Shown here in pieces: positions 5,794 through 6,432 of a stretch of 6,432 nucleotides of DNA. The notes beneath the pieces were generated by a model. It was not told where the DNA came from. It ran no database searches and was given only the letters and a program-made list of their open reading frames with translations. The position numbers and the translations under genes are program-made. How positions within the stretch are numbered: the first letter of the stretch is position 1; the number at the start of each line of letters is the position of its first letter. Source of the stretch: a virus (lineage: Duplodnaviria > Heunggongvirae > Uroviricota > Caudoviricetes); IMG/VR virus record IMGVR_UViG_2526164634_000019. The stretch is one strand, 5' to 3'.

Positions 5794-5862
5794 AGATACA
5801 CATCTTGTCATATGATCAAATGGTTTCGCCAAAAATCAATAATCAGACAACAAAATGTGCGA
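5794..5862 (-). ncRNA. IS10 RNA-OUT antisense RNA (predicted position)
   Basis: Placed from established IS10 biology: pOUT starts near element position 115 and RNA-OUT runs about 69 nt outward, overlapping the transposase start (RNA-IN). The Dam site GATC at 5814-5817 lies in the pIN region. Not verified independently. Confidence 0.4.
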
Positions 5863-6432
5863 ACTCGATATTTTACACGACTCTCTTTACCAATTCTGCC
5901 CCGAATTACACTTAAAACGACTCAACAGCTTAACGTTGGCTTGCCACGCCTTACTTGACTGTAAAACTCTCACTCTTACCGAACTTGGCCGTAACCTGCC
6001 AACCAAAGCGAGAACAAAACATAACATCAAACGAATCGACCGATTGTTAGGTAATCGTCACCTCCACAAAGAGCGACTCGCTGTATACCGTTGGCATGCT
6101 AGCTTTATCTGTTCGGGCAATACGATGCCCATTGTACTTGTTGACTGGTCTGATATCCGTGAGCAAAAACGGCTTATGGTATTGCGAGCTTCAGTCGCAC
6201 TACACGGTCGTTCTGTTACTCTTTATGAGAAAGCGTTCCCGCTTTCAGAGCAATGTTCAAAGAAAGCTCATGACCAATTTCTAGCCGACCTTGCGAGCAT
6301 TCTACCGAGTAACACCACACCGCTCATTGTCAGTGATGCTGGCTTTAAAGTGCCATGGTATAAATCCGTTGAGAAGCTGGGTTGGTACTGGTTAAGTCGA
6401 GTAAGAGGAAAAGTACAATATGCAGACCTAGG
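5855..6432 (+). CDS. IS10 transposase, N-terminal 192 codons; 3' end beyond window
   Basis: ATG at 5855; frame open to the window end. Translation MCELDILHDSLYQFCPELHLKRLNSLTLACHALLDCKTLTLTELGRNLPTKARTKHNIKRIDRLLGNRHLHKERLAVYRWHASF... matches IS10 transposase. Absent from the ORF track because no stop falls in the window. Confidence 0.9.
   Translation, partial: MCELDILHDSLYQFCPELHLKRLNSLTLACHALLDCKTLTLTELGRNLPTKARTKHNIKRIDRLLGNRHLHKERLAVYRWHASFICSGNTMPIVLVDWSDIREQKRLMVLRASVALHGRSVTLYEKAFPLSEQCSKKAHDQFLADLASILPSNTTPLIVSDAGFKVPWYKSVEKLGWYWLSRVRGKVQYADL

Larger units (their letters stand above)
5748..6432 (+). mobile_element. IS10 (IS4 family; Tn10-type insertion sequence), outside end and first 685 bp; continues beyond window
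   Basis: Starts with the IS10 outside terminal repeat CTGATGAATCCCCTAATGATTTT. Transposase ATG sits at element position 108, as in IS10. Downstream sequence is essentially IS10 as I recall it, with a few differences near the end (TTTTATCAAAATC here versus TTTGGTAAAAATC remembered for IS10-Right). Confidence 0.9.

Noticed and set aside
6096-6284. Plus-strand ORF of 62 aa
   Set aside because: Out-of-frame ORF inside the IS10 transposase gene, whose real frame starts at 5855 and is open to the window end.
1-6432. CRISPR arrays, tRNA or rRNA genes
   Set aside because: No regularly spaced direct repeats with unique spacers and no tRNA-like cloverleaf segments were seen; all repeats found are short operator or terminator-type elements.

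Overview
The window reads as the accessory-gene hotspot of a P2-like (Peduovirus-type) prophage, flanked by replication gene A on the left and the cos-proximal region plus portal gene Q on the right, with an IS10 copy cutting into Q. Nothing here was searched against a database; all family assignments come from reading the translations and from memory of the families. Left to right: (1) the 3' two-thirds of a HUH rolling-circle replication endonuclease (P2 gpA family), apparently frameshifted by 1 bp just after the catalytic YxxxY motif; (2) a small ORF and two 20-bp palindromic operator-like sites; (3) a plasmid-type actin-like partition pair, StbA/ParM-like and StbB/ParR-like; (4) an AT-rich island (about 2990-4760) carrying a convergently oriented two-gene operon for two membrane proteins of unknown function, preceded by a candidate promoter, an 11-codon leader ORF and an intrinsic terminator; (5) a 600-bp GC-rich non-coding region with repeats, where cos is expected; (6) the C-terminal half of portal gene Q on the minus strand, interrupted at 5747/5748 by the outside end of IS10, whose transposase gene runs off the window. 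The most interesting candidate for an undescribed system is the two-gene membrane operon at 3150-4529, sitting exactly where P2 carries tin/old and where P2-like phages are known to carry anti-phage cargo. The stbAB cassette inside a P2-type replication module is a second unusual element.
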